From Hemiscyllium ocellatum (taxonomy: Eukaryota): a stretch of DNA of 64,000 nt. The translations under genes and the position numbers were made by a program. Where the stretch lies: positions 28,386,909 to 28,450,908 of the forward strand of contig NC_083430.1 in NCBI RefSeq assembly GCF_020745735.1, written 5' to 3'. This document shows, one piece after another, positions 1 to 12,745 of the stretch. How positions within the stretch are numbered: the first letter of the stretch is position 1; each line of letters begins with the position of its first letter. Under the pieces are notes generated by a model. It had not been told where the DNA came from and searched no databases. It saw only the letters and a list, made by a program, of their open reading frames with translations.

Positions 1-605
1 ACAACTAGCTAAGAGCTATGTTGCCAGGATACAAAAACAAATTCAAATTTGGCCAATCAGTTTAAATTATGCCCAAGTTACCAAAATCCAATTGTATTTG
101 AAAAAAATAATGTTTTGACAACACTAAACCAATGAAATGAGCTGATGTTTTTGGGTATAAATATCAGACATTTTGAATAAGTACACAGCAGCTAGCACCA
201 ATGACCAGAGAGACTGCTTGCAGAAAGAGCTGCTATCTTAAATGTACCTTTATCTATCAAAGACCTGAGAAGCAGAATCCCGAAGAAGAAGAATAGAAGA
301 CAGAGAAAAATCTACAGAAGACATTCTGCAAAGTTGACTAGTTTTGAAACTTTTTTTTTGTAAAATCTTAATTGGGATTTTTATCAGACCAGTATTGTAG
401 AGGGGGGAGGTAGAAGATAGGTTTAGGAGAAAGGCGTTGTAAGTTGTTAAGTTAATATTCTCTGTTCGACTGAAAGAATAAAGTTCTTAAATTTTTACTT
501 TGGATAATTCTTTACCTCTCAAGTTTTAACAGATTACAGCACAGGGTGAATCTTATCTGCGTTGCTGGTTTAAATTAGCAGAGGGGTTTACCCTGTGTCA
601 TAACA
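1..605 (+). mobile_element. 3' part of an LTR (probable solo LTR), cut by the window start
   Basis: CCAAT (53, 129), TATAAA (156), AATAAA (477) and a terminal ...GTGTCATAACA at 605, in U3-R-U5 order. No PBS or internal sequence follows. Confidence 0.55.
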
Positions 606-1682
606 CAATCAGCTTGCAAAGTCAAAATCTGGATCAATCCTTTAACCATTTGAAACAGTTTTGACTTACTCTATCTAATCCCTTTGTAATTTCATGTACC
701 TGCGTCAAATTTCTTCTGGCTTCATAATTTTAAGGAGGGCAGATTCAGCTTCTCCACGGTCCATCATCCTTGAAGTCTTTCTGGTAAATATCTTCTGTAG
801 TTTCTACAAAGTTCACAATTTAGTAAGGTCCAGAACTGCAAGCATATTGGTTGTCGTCCAATGTGACAATCAGCAGGAAATGTGGGTAAGAAGCGATCTG
901 GTGCAGGAGAGAGACAGAATTTTGATTTGACAAGGACCTCCTCACTACTTCTGTGTCCCTCAGGTACAGGAATGAACTTGCATTGATTGCTCACGGGGGG
1001 CAGTGCTTTCTGAGCCCAGGTTCTCCAACAGAATGGGCCTCTGTGATTAACGCAACAGTCACACTCCTCTGCCTGGCCCCAAGTGTTCAAATTTCATAAC
1101 CACCATCCTTGTTAAATAATTAACAAACCTTGTTCAAAATATTAAATATATTTACAATGTTTAAATTAGTAGTTAAAACACTTGGTCTCAGATAAGCTTT
1201 GTAAGTCAGTGATTATTTTTATTGATTATTGCATTAGCAATTAAAGTTTTGTGTATTGATTAAAATGACAAAACTGAAATGTTTAATTTAGGAATGACCT
1301 AGATTCTAATATTTTGCCCAAGCAATTTGTTTTAAAGGATTTTTATTATCCTTTTTGAGTGCCATTGGAAGCAGCTGAAAAAGTTGGGCAAAATCCTGAT
1401 TACGTGAAATTTCCATGAAGGAGAGGAAATATGCCTAGTTATTATGCAGAATTGTTCTTGCGATAAAACACAGTTTCTGCAGGGTTGCTGAAACTTGTCT
1501 GAAGCATATTCAATACATTTCAATTTCTAGTAGCCTTGTGACATGTCAGTGCAAATAGGATTATGAAATGCACATCCTGACATCTTCAGACAATAAACGC
1601 GATTAACCTTGAGTCCGAGATAACTGTAGCTGCCTCCTGGTAACACAAACTTAAGGTGAAATTGATTGGTTTTGTATTTCAG

Positions 1683-1831
1683 TGGCCCTGACGGTGTGAA
1701 AATCGAGAATGCAAACAGTGCCATTGCCACAGTAACAGGTCTTCAGGTTGGGTCATATGAGATTACACTGACGGTGAAGGATGAACGAAACCTGGAAAGC
1801 CATGATTCTGTTAGAATCATTGTGAGAGAGG
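1683..1831 (+). CDS. KIAA0319L: KIAA0319-like (AAVR) exon, second half of PKD4 (GPDGVKIENANSAIATVTGLQVGSYEITLTVKDERNLESHDSVRIIVRE)
   Basis: ttttgtatttcag acceptor and G|gtatgt donor; phase 2->1; peptide matches the KIAA0319L PKD4 as I recall it. Upstream exons lie outside the window. Confidence 0.95.
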
Positions 1832-2364
1832 GTATGTTTTCCTTTCAGATCTGTAAAGGATTGCAGTAGGTAAAAGTCAGCTGCTAAAATGGAAAAAAAA
1901 TGTGGTCAAAGTAATGACTCTAATAGTCACCTTTATACATACTCTTGCAAATGCTTTTATCTGTTCTGTTAAGGACTTTTTTTTCCATGTTTTTAGCAGA
2001 GTGCATTAAAAGCCAAGGTTTTTTTCAAGTAGCACAGGGCTTTGGTTAATAAAGTTTCTGATTGAGGAGAATCATGGCAAAACTTTACAAAGTCATGGAG
2101 CAACACAGTTTAAAATCATACTTGAGCCTGAATTTAACTATTCCAATGATAACAGTTCTAAAAATTAGTTAAATTAATTGGTTCTCGTTTACACCATGTC
2201 ACAGAATGTGTTTTATATACAGAATGGGAAATATTGAAAGTAGCTGTTAGATAATGTTAATCTGATTGTTACTGTGCAGGAAATGAAGGTTTAAATGTGA
2301 AAGGATATCCTTTTTGCTGAGGTCTCCATTCTAACCATTGTAAAGTCAAACATTGTCCAATAGA

Positions 2365-3460
2365 CGTAGAAACATAGAAAATAGGAGTGGGAGTAGGCCA
2401 TTCAGGCTATGAACCTGCAACACCACTCATCGTGATCATGGCTGAAACACCCAGTTCAGCCCTGCTTTTTCCCTGTACCTTTTAATCCCTTCAGCTCTAA
2501 GAACTACACCTGACATCATCTTGAACAACATTAAGTATTTTGATCTCAACTGCAAACTGTGGCAGAGAATTCTACAGACTCACCACCTTTTTTATGTGAA
2601 GAAATTTCTTCTCATATCTGACTTTATGGCCTAACCTGTATTGCTCAAACTGTGACCCCTGGTTCTGGACTTCTTGGATTGGGAGCATCTTTCTTGCATT
2701 TACCTTGACTAGTCCTGTAAGAACTTTATAGATTTTTGAGGTCCTCCCTCATTCTTCTGAACTCGAGTGAATATAGGTCTAACCTATCCACTCTTTCTTC
2801 ATGCATCAGTCCTATCATCCAAGTAAGCAATCTGATCATGCTTTGTGGCATTCCCTCCGTGACTGCAACATCTTTCCTTACATAAGGAGACCAAACTGCA
2901 CGCAATACTCTAAGTGTGCTCTCAGTAATGTCCTGTATAATATGCAGAAAGACATCCCTGCTCCTTTAATCAAATCCTGGTCTATGAAGGCCAACTTACC
3001 ATTTGCCTACTTCAGCTGCTGCACTTGCATGTTTACTTTCAGTAAATGGTGTAGAAGGACATTCAGGTGTTGTTGTACCTCCCCGTTTCCCAATCTATCG
3101 CCATTCAGATAATCTGCTTTCCTTACCAAACTGGATAATCTCAAATTTATTCACATTGTACTTCATCTTCCATCCATTTGCCTCCTCACTAAGCCTGTCC
3201 AAATCACATTGTACCATCTCTACATCCTCTACATAGCTCACCCTCTGAGCCAACTTTGTGTCATTAGCAATCTTGGAGATATTACATTTTGTTCCCTCAG
3301 CTGAAAAATATTTTGTGAAATAACTAGGTTCCAAGCACTGATCATTGCCATACCACATCAGTTCTTCCTGCCACACGGAAAAAAAGACCTGTTTATTCCG
3401 ACAGTTTGTTTCCTGTCTGCCAACCACTTCCTCTATCCATGTCAGTATGCTACTCCCAGT
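2365..3460 (-). mobile_element. CR1 LINE, 5'-truncated, decayed
   Basis: Minus-strand RT C-terminal peptide (ISKIANDTKL...LQCDLDRLSEEANGWKMKYNVNKFEIIQFG) and a CR1 3' tail near 2365. Confidence 0.85.
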
Positions 3461-3464
3461 CAGA

Positions 3465-4350
3465 GAGAATTCAGGAATAGGAAAGGTGAAACCATAATGC
3501 TGGGGATATACTACGAGCTTCCCAACAGCCAGTGGGAGACCGAGGAGAGAACATGTAGACATATTTTAGAAGGATGTAAAAAAAAAAGCAGAGTTGGTGT
3601 GATGGGTGATTTTAACTTGCCCTATATTGACTGGGACTCACTTCATGTTGTGGGGGTTGGATAGGGCAGAATTTAAAAGGACTATTCAGGAAGGTTTCTT
3701 GACATAGTATGTAATCACTCCAACCAGGGTAAGGTTATACTGGACCTGGTTTTGGGGAATGAGCCCAGCCAGGTGAGTGAAGTTTCAGTGAGGGAGCATT
3801 TTGGGAGCAGTGACAGTAATGCTATGAGTTTGAAGTTACTCATGGATAGGGATAACAACAGCGCTTGGATGAAGGTGTTAAATTGGGGGAAGGTGAACCA
3901 CAACAACACTAGGCAGAACTGGAGAAGTTTGTTTGGATGCAGCTGTTTGAGGGTAAATCCACATTTGACATCTGGGAGTATTTTAAGCAGCAGTTGATAA
4001 GAGTTCAGGAGCAGCAGGTTCCTGCCAGAATGAAAGATGGGTATGGCAAGTTACATGAACTTGGATGACCAGGGATGTTATAGCCTTGGTCAAAAAGAAA
4101 AAAAGAAGTATGTATAAAATCTAAGAGGATGGAAACTGACAAAGCCCTTGAAGTATATAAGGAAAGTAGGAAAGGATTTAAACAAGGAATTAGAAGGATG
4201 AAAAGGGGTCATGAAAAGTCGTTGGCAAACAGGATTAAAGAGAATCCTGAGGCTTTTTATTGCCACAAAAAAAAACAAGATGGTAGCCAGGGAAAGGGTT
4301 GGCCCACTCAAGGACAAAGAAGAGAATGTATGTTTGGAGCCAGGAGAGGT
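3465..4350 (+). mobile_element. CR1 LINE internal fragment (endonuclease end/tether)
   Basis: GDFN..IDW and LDLVLGNEPSQV..VSVREHFGSSD peptides, HEKSLANRIKENP; frameshifted. Confidence 0.85.
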
Positions 4351-4528
4351 AGAACATAGAACATTACAGCGCAGTACACGCCCTTCAGTCCTCAATGTTC
4401 TGCCGACCTGTGGGGCCAATCTGAAGCCCATCTAACCTACACTATTCCATTCTCGTCCGTGTGTCTTTTTAGTGACCATTTAAATGCCTGAAAAGTTAGT
4501 GAGTCTACTACTGTTAGAGGCAGTGTTC
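4351..4528 (-). mobile_element. Short CR1 3'-end fragment
   Basis: AGAACATAGAACATTACAGCGCAGTAC is close to the reverse complement of the CR1 tail at 51740-51770. Confidence 0.7.
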
Positions 4529-4766
4529 CTGTGTTGTATTTTTTTTGTTCAATCCCTGCACTTTAAGTTTGCATGCTAACGTCGTATATTGGATTATATC
4601 AAAAGTATCAAGTTCAAAACTACTGCATCTCTCAAATTTCCCAGCCAGAAGAGAGTAACCCACCTGGCAGATGATGCCAGACTACACATGCCAAAAGCAA
4701 ACCACTGTCTGGCACATTTCTTCTACTGCATGCTATTTCTGGAAAATGTAGGTTCATTTACCAATA

Positions 4767-5166
4767 TAGCGGACCCTTGATTATCTGAACGAGATGGGCG
4801 GGGCATTATTTCTTTTGGATAATTGATTATTTGATTACTTGATTTCCTCTGGGGCTCAGTTTTCTGTGAGGTCTGCTCCCCATTCAGGAGACAAGGCAGC
4901 AGCACCCTGCGTGTGAGACCCCGAACTCTGTCTGCTCCTGCCCATCCCCAACCCCATTCAACACTGCTCCCTGCCCGCCCTCAATCATGCAGCTCCAACC
5001 CTGCTTCCCCTGTCCATCTCACAAAGCGCAGCCCCGCCACCACCCCCCCCCCCCCCCCCAACCCGGGAAGCCGGACTGTACATCAACAGTGAGACTGCTG
5101 CTGTGTTTGTGGGTTAAGTCTCCAAATGTGTTATTTTTCTCTCTCATTCACAGTCTCTGTGTGTGT

Positions 5167-5213
<47 letters not shown>

Positions 5214-5516
5214 TTGACAGGACAATGTTGAAGAGATTATCTGGGGAAGGAGGGGTTTAGGGTTCATCCCTGTGTAGAACACCAGGGAAAGTGTGGGGAG
5301 AAGGAGATGGCGAGAGGTCAGTCATTTGGAGACAGTGCCTGGACTGTCCAGGACTGGTTTCGACAGCATTTTCAATGAGCCGAGTTTGTTTTTAATCATT
5401 GTACCTTTAAACAAAAAACGCGATCAGTGTTGAAACAGTCTTGGACGTAATGTTGCTATCGGGATCATGAGATCCCCTTCAGATAATCTGATATTTGGAT
5501 AATCAAGGTTCCTCTG
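4767..5516. mobile_element. Non-autonomous Tc1/mariner (pogo/Tigger-like) MITE
   Basis: TIRs TAGCGGACCCTTGATTATCTGAA and the reverse complement of the right end CAGAGGAACCTTGATTATCCAAA (18/23 match), flanked by TA on both sides; no transposase. Confidence 0.75.
5168..5212. repeat. (CA)n(TA)n microsatellite inside the MITE
   Basis: Direct inspection. Confidence 0.95.
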
Positions 5517-6163
5517 TATCTCTGTAGAGAGTAAATAAAATCCATAGAATTGAAGGCTATTACTATTTTGTATGGTAATTAGTGATACAAATAATAGCAA
5601 AGATTGAATGTAATTTATCCAGATAACTGCAAATTGAATGTAGCTCACCAACCCCCCCCCACACAATGTCCAAAGAGAAAGCAAAAAAAAATCAGGAAAA
5701 AACTGGCCCGCTCTTGAGCTCCAGCAGCCCATGCTACTCCACAGCACCTAATAACAAACTAATGCCTTCCTGTCTGACCAGACAGTAATTCCAAAGAAAT
5801 TAAAATTGAATTCAGACTTTAAAAATTGATTAACTAACATTTACTGAAATGTAATAAATTTGTTCGTCAGTAAATGGGCCACTACATTTTAAGTAAAATG
5901 TTTTACAATATTTTGTTATTGAACAAGCACAAGGGCCCACTTTACATGGTTCTGATAGGTGGAATAGTTCATTTGAATTCACTTCATATCAGAAGTCAAG
6001 TCTGTGAATTTATCATTAAAGAAACTAGAAATGTGACTATTTAGGTTTTCCAACTGCTTTTAAATGCAGCTTTTCACTTAAAACTTAATTCATGTATCGA
6101 GTTAGAATTTTAATATTTTGTAAGATCTCTGGAATGGAGAATAAATGTGCTTCTGTTTTACAG

Positions 6164-6315
6164 AAGTCAATAAGGCTCCAGTTGCTAAGATAGCAGGCAA
6201 TGTTGTGATCACCCTCCCTAATAACACAGCTATGCTTGATGGATCAAAATCATCCGATGATAAGGGAATTGTCAGCTACCTTTGGACAAGAGATGAGAGC
6301 AGTCCAGCAGCTGGA
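6164..6315 (+). CDS. KIAA0319L: KIAA0319L exon, PKD5 first half (EVNKAPVAKIAGNVVITLPNNTAMLDGSKSSDDKGIVSYLWTRDESSPAAG)
   Basis: ttttacag acceptor, GGA|gtaagt donor; phase 1->0; PKD motif LDGSKSSDD..IVSYLW. Confidence 0.96.
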
Positions 6316-7630
6316 GTAAGTGGTCTAACTCATTTTTTAATGAACTAGAAAAATACTATACCTGTTCTCTGAGACATTGTTTACTGACTTGCCAAGATAC
6401 GCAAAGACCCAATTGTTTATTGTTTGACTAGGTATATGACACATGTCAATGAGTGAGTGAGCATGGAGATGGTGGCATGAAGAGAGAGATGCAGTGTGGT
6501 CTGGCCCAAGGCAAGTCCTGCCAGTATCAATGACAGGACCTGATTAACATTTCTGCTTCCTGCTTTACACCTGGTCAATTTGGTAAACTATGTTTTCATG
6601 AGCAGGAAAGCCAGCACCATGAAGCTGAAGCCTGAGACCGTCTCTGGCAATTGGAAGCAATTTGTCTTTGGAGTGGAGTGATGGGGCAGAGAGGGAAGTC
6701 TCTGGAACAGAGCTTGCAAAAGCAGCGTTACTAAAAGCCTGGCAGGCAACTCAATCAGGCACAGTGCTGGGTAGGGATGTGGTGGTGGTGAGTGAGAGAG
6801 CCATCAGAAAGGGGTGGGTAGAGGACACGCCACCTTATTGCCCTCAAGGCTATCTTTTAAAAAGCAAAGATCTGCTGTTCTCATCTCTCTTTTACCGTAA
6901 TGTTTCCCAAGCTTTCGAAGATTTGGCAAGCAGCTTTTAATTTGAAATCCATATTCTGACGTCCTTGTGAATGCTTGACTTGTATGGGATGTTTGAGTCT
7001 TGGGGATTGGTGTGTGAGATTTATGTTAAGGCCAGGATTTCTTCAATATTGGTAAATCTTAAAAGTTCACAAAGAAATATAATTGTAATGCAAGTTTCCT
7101 AATTAGAGCATTGTATTCATACATGAAATCACATTTTTATTAGTTTTTGGTTTTCATTATCATCAGAATGTGATGTCTTACATATTGCTATTCACCATTG
7201 CTTTCACCAAAGACACGCTTATGATCATTACCAGTTGTAAATATTCACATGGCGGCCAAACATTAGTGTCAGACCATAATAATTAGTTCAAAAATCTGGT
7301 GATGCAGGAATAAATTTTGTGGTAATTGTGAGAGCAATATTGGAAAATGAGAAAATGTTCGAAGAGTTTATCCATTATTTCTTTTCTCCTATAATTGGAA
7401 AAATAGCAATTTTTCTGTACCATGACCAGAAATATGTTGCAAAATGTTGAATTTTTCATTGCGATGAACAATTAAAGATTTTTGCCTTGATTGCTATTTA
7501 ACTATAGTATGATGTCTGCTATGCATCGGCATATTGGAAAGTGGATTGTACACATAGGATTCTTTTTTAAAAAAATTGCCCTTAAACATTCATTTCTCTA
7601 TGTTTTGCATTTTCTACCAATCTGTAATAG

Positions 7631-7769
7631 GATGTGCTAAATAACTCTGATCACCAGCCTGTGCTTTTCCTGTCCAATTTGGTTGAAGGATTATATACAT
7701 TTTGTCTCAAAGTAACTGATGCAAAGGGAGAAAATCATATCGACAGGGCAACATTAGAAGTGAAATCTG
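7631..7769 (+). CDS. KIAA0319L: KIAA0319L exon, PKD5 second half (DVLNNSDHQPVLFLSNLVEGLYTFCLKVTDAKGENHIDRATLEVKS)
   Basis: aatag acceptor, G|gtgagt donor; 139 nt, phase 0->1; not in the ORF track, translated by hand. Confidence 0.95.
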
Positions 7770-9079
7770 GTGAGTAGAAATTGATCTTCCCATGGGCTAC
7801 CGCATTTCGTCAAAAGGTCTGGCATAAGATTTTATTTTTTAAATTTAAAAATGCAATAACTTCCTAAATAGAGTACCAGCCATGTTTTCACTCAGAAGTG
7901 TGATGTCCCTTCATAATTCATTTATTCTGAGGTCTAACGTAATTGTTTTTTAAACCCTTTTTTACATCGTCACCGAGTCAACATATTTCTGCATAGACAT
8001 AAACTAACAACACTTGTTTCCGAAATAGTTTCTGAAATGTGCTTTGAAATAATAACTAAGGTTTGCAATTATAGAACATCTGAAAATTATTATAAGTTAG
8101 TAACATCCTGCAATCAGGGCGACTGAATGATCAGTTGTTCTGGTGTTTCTGGGCTTGGCTGTTGGGGGAAAATGTCCTCGGTATAGGAGGAGTCTTCCGA
8201 AATCAACATCAAGAATCATCCTGGGAGTTTTAATATCCAGTTATCCTGTTATCCTGCTTTGTTAGAATGCTGACTTAGCCCATTCAAAACATGGCACCTC
8301 TAACGATCTGGAATGTCTGAATACCACCGTTCACTTTCAGTGATGCTTTCAAATTTCACTGTATTGTTCAATTCCAAACTAACTGATCCAGAGGTCAGAG
8401 TCAAATCAACAAATCCTAGTTTCTAATGATAGAAAGCAAAAGAATGCAAGGGAATCAGAGTGGACCCATTTTACACCAAATGTGAAATTGACAAGCCAGA
8501 AAATTGGACATGCTTCAGCATTATTTTGCTGGAGGGTTCTTGAGCTTTCATTCCTGGGAATGCCTCATTTACATAAGTGCAATCTTTATCTATGAATTTC
8601 ACTTGAATTGTAAAGAAAATCTGAGCCTGGAAACCAAGAGAATGTACTGAAGCACTTAATCTGGCAGTTGATTAAAATGTTTTTTCATTGCCACCATATC
8701 CAGGACAATGTCAGGCACCAAAGTCATTTGTATTTAAGTTAAATTTTACTTTAAGTTTGTGTGTCCATTTGCTGCCGAGGCCATTTCTTTCACTTGTGTG
8801 CATTGATGTCTGTTTTCCACTGTACGTAGTAATTGTGTTATATGTGTTTTTACTTTTTGGTGCATTCTTTTCCAATAACATTGGGTCTATAAGAATGAAT
8901 GTCAATCTAGAAAGATTGTTAATAATTTAGTTTCCAAATTTTGGATTTTAACTTTCCATTTTAATCCAATGATTTGAACTATGCAATATTGTTTACACTT
9001 TACTTGAAAGGTTCACAGTTGTCCTTTGCTTGAAGAATATGAGAGAGAGCTCATGGAATACATGGAGAACCAGCCAGTT

Positions 9080-10160
9080 GGATACAGAAATGGCTCACAG
9101 AAGACAGAGGGTGGTGGTGGAGGGTTGTTTTTCAGACTGGAGGCCTGTGACCAATGGAGTGCCACAAGGATCAGTGCTGGGTTCACTCCTTTTCATCATT
9201 TATATAAATGATTTGGATGTGATCCTAAGAGGTATAGTTAGTAAGGTTGCTGATGACCCCAAAATTGAAAGTGTAGTGGACAGCGAATAAGGTTACCTTA
9301 GATTACAATGGGATATTGATCAGGTGGGCCAATGGGTTGAGGAGTGGCAGATGGAGTTTAGTTTAGAAAAATGTGAGGTGCTGCATTTTAGAAAAGCCAA
9401 TCTTAGCAGGACTTATACACTTAATGGTAAGGTCCTAGGGAGTGTTGCTGAACAGAGTATTGGAGTGCAGGTTCATAGCTCCTTGAAAGTAGCGTCACAG
9501 GTAGATAGGATTATGCAGAAGGCGTTTGGTATGCTTTTGTTTATTGGTCAGAGCATTGAGTAAAGGAGTTGGGAGGTCAAGTTGCAGTTATACAGGGTGT
9601 TGGTTAGGCCACTTTCAGAATATTGCGTGCAGTTCTTGTCTCTTTCCTATCGGAAGGATGTTGTGAAACTTGAAAGGGTTCAGAAAAGATTACAAGGATG
9701 TTGCCAGGGTTGGAGGATTTGAGCTATAGGGAAAGGTTGAATAGGCTAGGGCTGTTTTCCTTGGTGCATCGGAGGCTGCGGGATGACCTTCTGGAGGTTT
9801 ATAAAATCATGAGAGGCATGGATAGGGTAAATAAACAAAGTCTCTTCCCTGGGGTGGGAGAGTCCAGAACTAGAGGGCATAGGCTTAGGGTGAGAGGGGA
9901 AAGTTGTAAAAGAGACCGGAGGGCAATGTTTTCATGCAGAGGGTGGTGTGTGTGTGGAATGAGCTGTCAAAGGAAGTGGTGGAAGCTGGTACAATTGTGA
10001 CATTTAAAAGGCATCTGGATGGGTATATGAACAGGAAGGATTTGGAGGGATATGGGCCAGGTGCTGGCGCGATGGACTAGATTAGATTGGGATATCTGGT
10101 CGGCATGGACAAGTTGGACCGAAGGGTCTCTTTTCGTGCTGTATATCTCTGACTCTATAT
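9080..10160 (+). mobile_element. CR1 LINE, 5'-truncated
   Basis: GVPQGSVLGSLLFIIYINDLD, KVADDPK and QMEFSLEKCEVLHF peptides, with stops and frameshifts; 3' tail present. Confidence 0.92.
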
Positions 10161-10466
10161 GAATTCAAGGCAGTTTTTTTTCTTTAAACTAATGGATGTC
10201 TCTATTCGCTCATAACCTGTTTAAACCAGTTTCATTGTCATGTATCGTATGCTCATGAAAGTAATGATTTTTAACGTCACATATTTCATAACTATTGGCT
10301 GTACAATTTCTGAAGGATGATGGTGATCTTGTGCAAAATATATTTGTTCAAGTTTTGCACATGGAAGATTGTATGTAAGATGGAGGTTAAGTTCGTGTTC
10401 ATAAAAGTCAAGGACTTTAAAAGATTTGACAGTTGAAGTAACAGTTTTAACTCTATTTCTTTTCAG

Positions 10467-10626
10467 ATCCTCGAAAGAATGATCTAGTAGAAATTATCCT
10501 GGATGTCAGTGTCAGTCGGTTAACCGAGAGACAAAAGGGCATGTTACTTCGGCAAATAGCTGTCCTGCTTGGAGTCCTTGATTCGGACATTACTGTGCAA
10601 AAAATTCAACCTTACACTGAACAGAG
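10467..10626 (+). CDS. KIAA0319L: KIAA0319L exon (DPRKNDLVEIILDVSVSRLTERQKGMLLRQIAVLLGVLDSDITVQKIQPYTEQ)
   Basis: tttcttttcag acceptor, AG|gtgagg donor; 160 nt, phase 1->2. Confidence 0.95.
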
Positions 10627-11036
10627 GTGAGGAGCTTTTAGTGCAGATGTAAGCATGAACATTACTGGCGATGGCTGCTGAGAAAATAATTACCAACTTT
10701 GCATTAAGTAACAACATCAGGGATTTGTGCTATCAAAGAAAACTATGCAATGTTGCCATTAATCCTCCACTTAATAGTACTTTAACATAATCTTCATATA
10801 TTGGCATCAGTTATAATGTATAAAGTTGAAAACCTGTCCATAACTATTGTATATAAGACTTTTGAAGTATCTTTATTCAAATATTTGCTGGCTCGCAATA
10901 AACTCTGTTTTGCATTGAATAATTTCTTTACCCTAAAGGTAATGTGAGAAAATGCTGTAAACCGTGGCTAGTCTGTAACTGCTAATTGTGAGTCGCAAGC
11001 AGTTTCAGTTGTACTTTCCCTCATTTACTTTCACAG

Positions 11037-11179
11037 TACACAGATTATCTTTTGCGTGAGGAATACACAAGCACATCAGATACTGAAGGGACAGGATGTT
11101 GCTCGGATACTGAAGAATAAATTTCGGAAACAGAAATCAGACTTCTTAGTTTTCCGGGCTCTCCAAGTTAATACAGTCA
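11037..11179 (+). CDS. KIAA0319L: KIAA0319L exon (STQIIFCVRNTQAHQILKGQDVARILKNKFRKQKSDFLVFRALQVNTV)
   Basis: tttcacag acceptor, A|gtgagt donor; 143 nt, phase 2->1. Confidence 0.94.
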
Positions 11180-12169
11180 GTGAGTGAGCATTATTTATTA
11201 AAATATTTAGTATACATTTGTCCCAGCAAGGTTTGGTTTGATTGTATCGAGTCTAGTATTTTTTTCAAAATATTTCCCCAGTGTTCACAGACCTACCTTG
11301 CTTTACTTGTAGCCAATATCTTGATTTTTGACATCTCGTGCTTATTTTCAAATCACTCCATGGTTTTGTTCTCCTATCTTTCTGCTGTCCTTCAGCTTTA
11401 CGGTCTTCCAAGGTTATAATTCTGGCTAGAATCACAGATTCCCTCTACAGTAGAAGCAAGCCATTTAGCCCATTGAGTCTGCTTTTACATGAGCATCCTG
11501 ATTTCTGGCAGTCTCCTCTTCACTCATCCAAGTTTCTAGAATCGCCTCCCCACACTTTTCACTGCTCCACCTGGCTCTCTTTCTTTGGGAAATTACTGAA
11601 AATCTATCCATTTGACTGAGTTTTCTGGTCAAAACGCTGGTACATCTTTCATTTTCTCTCCTGGCTTACTTTAGATGGAAAATAAACTCCTGATCCCAAC
11701 GTCTTAGAAACTAGAAATGAATATGGTATTAATACCATTTGGGGGTGCACAATATGCTTTTCAAACGAACTATTCTTGAATTGTGTGTTGCTTTTTAATC
11801 TAGCCGCGAATTATGAACTTCTGGCTTTTTGATGCTTGTTATAGTTATATATTTTATAGAGAATGTCAAAGAATAGAGAGCAGATTGGTAACCATTATCC
11901 TTTCTGTATGGAGAACTTTAATGTGGAGTTGTAAGGAATCATCCAACACTAGCTAGAGTAAAAAACTGGGATCCGAGAATGAAAATAGTTCAACACTGTC
12001 ACCTCTGATTAAAATGCTTTCTTATTCTTTTTTTTAATATCCTGTCTGGAGGAGATAACCAAATGTCAAATGATTGTTTCCACTGAATGCCTCAAATCTT
12101 GTCCTTGATCTTTTGCAAAATCACTAAGCTCTCTTCACTAGTATCTGTATGGCTGTTACATTATTATGA

Positions 12170-12745
12170 ATAGACAGGCAGGAGGCTGGAAGATTACAGC
12201 AAGCCAGGCAGCATCAGGAAGTGGAGAAATCAAAGTTTTGGTAACATCCTTCTTCAGCACTGGGGGTGAGTGTAGAGGGAGTTGCAGATAAAGGGAGTGA
12301 CGGGTGCAAGGTGGGGATTGGTGAAGACAAATACAGGATAAGACCTGGTTGGTCAATGGGAGGAATTAATCTGGTTGATGGAAGGGAGGGAGAGGGGCAG
12401 GGAAGGGAGTCAGGGGATGAGAAGGGAGGTTAATTGAAATTGGAGAACTCCCTGGTGAGTTCTCCAGGCTGTAGGCTGCCCAGGCAGATGATGAGGTATT
12501 GTTCTTCCAATTTGCGGTGTGCTTCATTGTGGCAATGAAGGAGGCCAAGGGTGATTATGTCTGAAAGGGATTGGGACAGGGAGTTAAGATGGCGGTGACT
12601 TGGGTGGGGGGCGGTCTGGTCAGTCCCTGCGGACCTGTCTGTGATGCTCGGCGAACTGTTCCCTAAGTCTACCCTCGATCTCTCCGATGTAGAGAAGACC
12701 ACATAGGGAGCACCAGATGCAATAAACCAGGTTGGAAGAGAGGCA
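12170..12745 (-). mobile_element. Penelope-like element 3' fragment (GIY-YIG end plus tail)
   Basis: HRKLEEQYLIICLGSLQP is homologous to RRLEKEYLIFRLGALQP in the 58-60 kb element. Confidence 0.8.
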
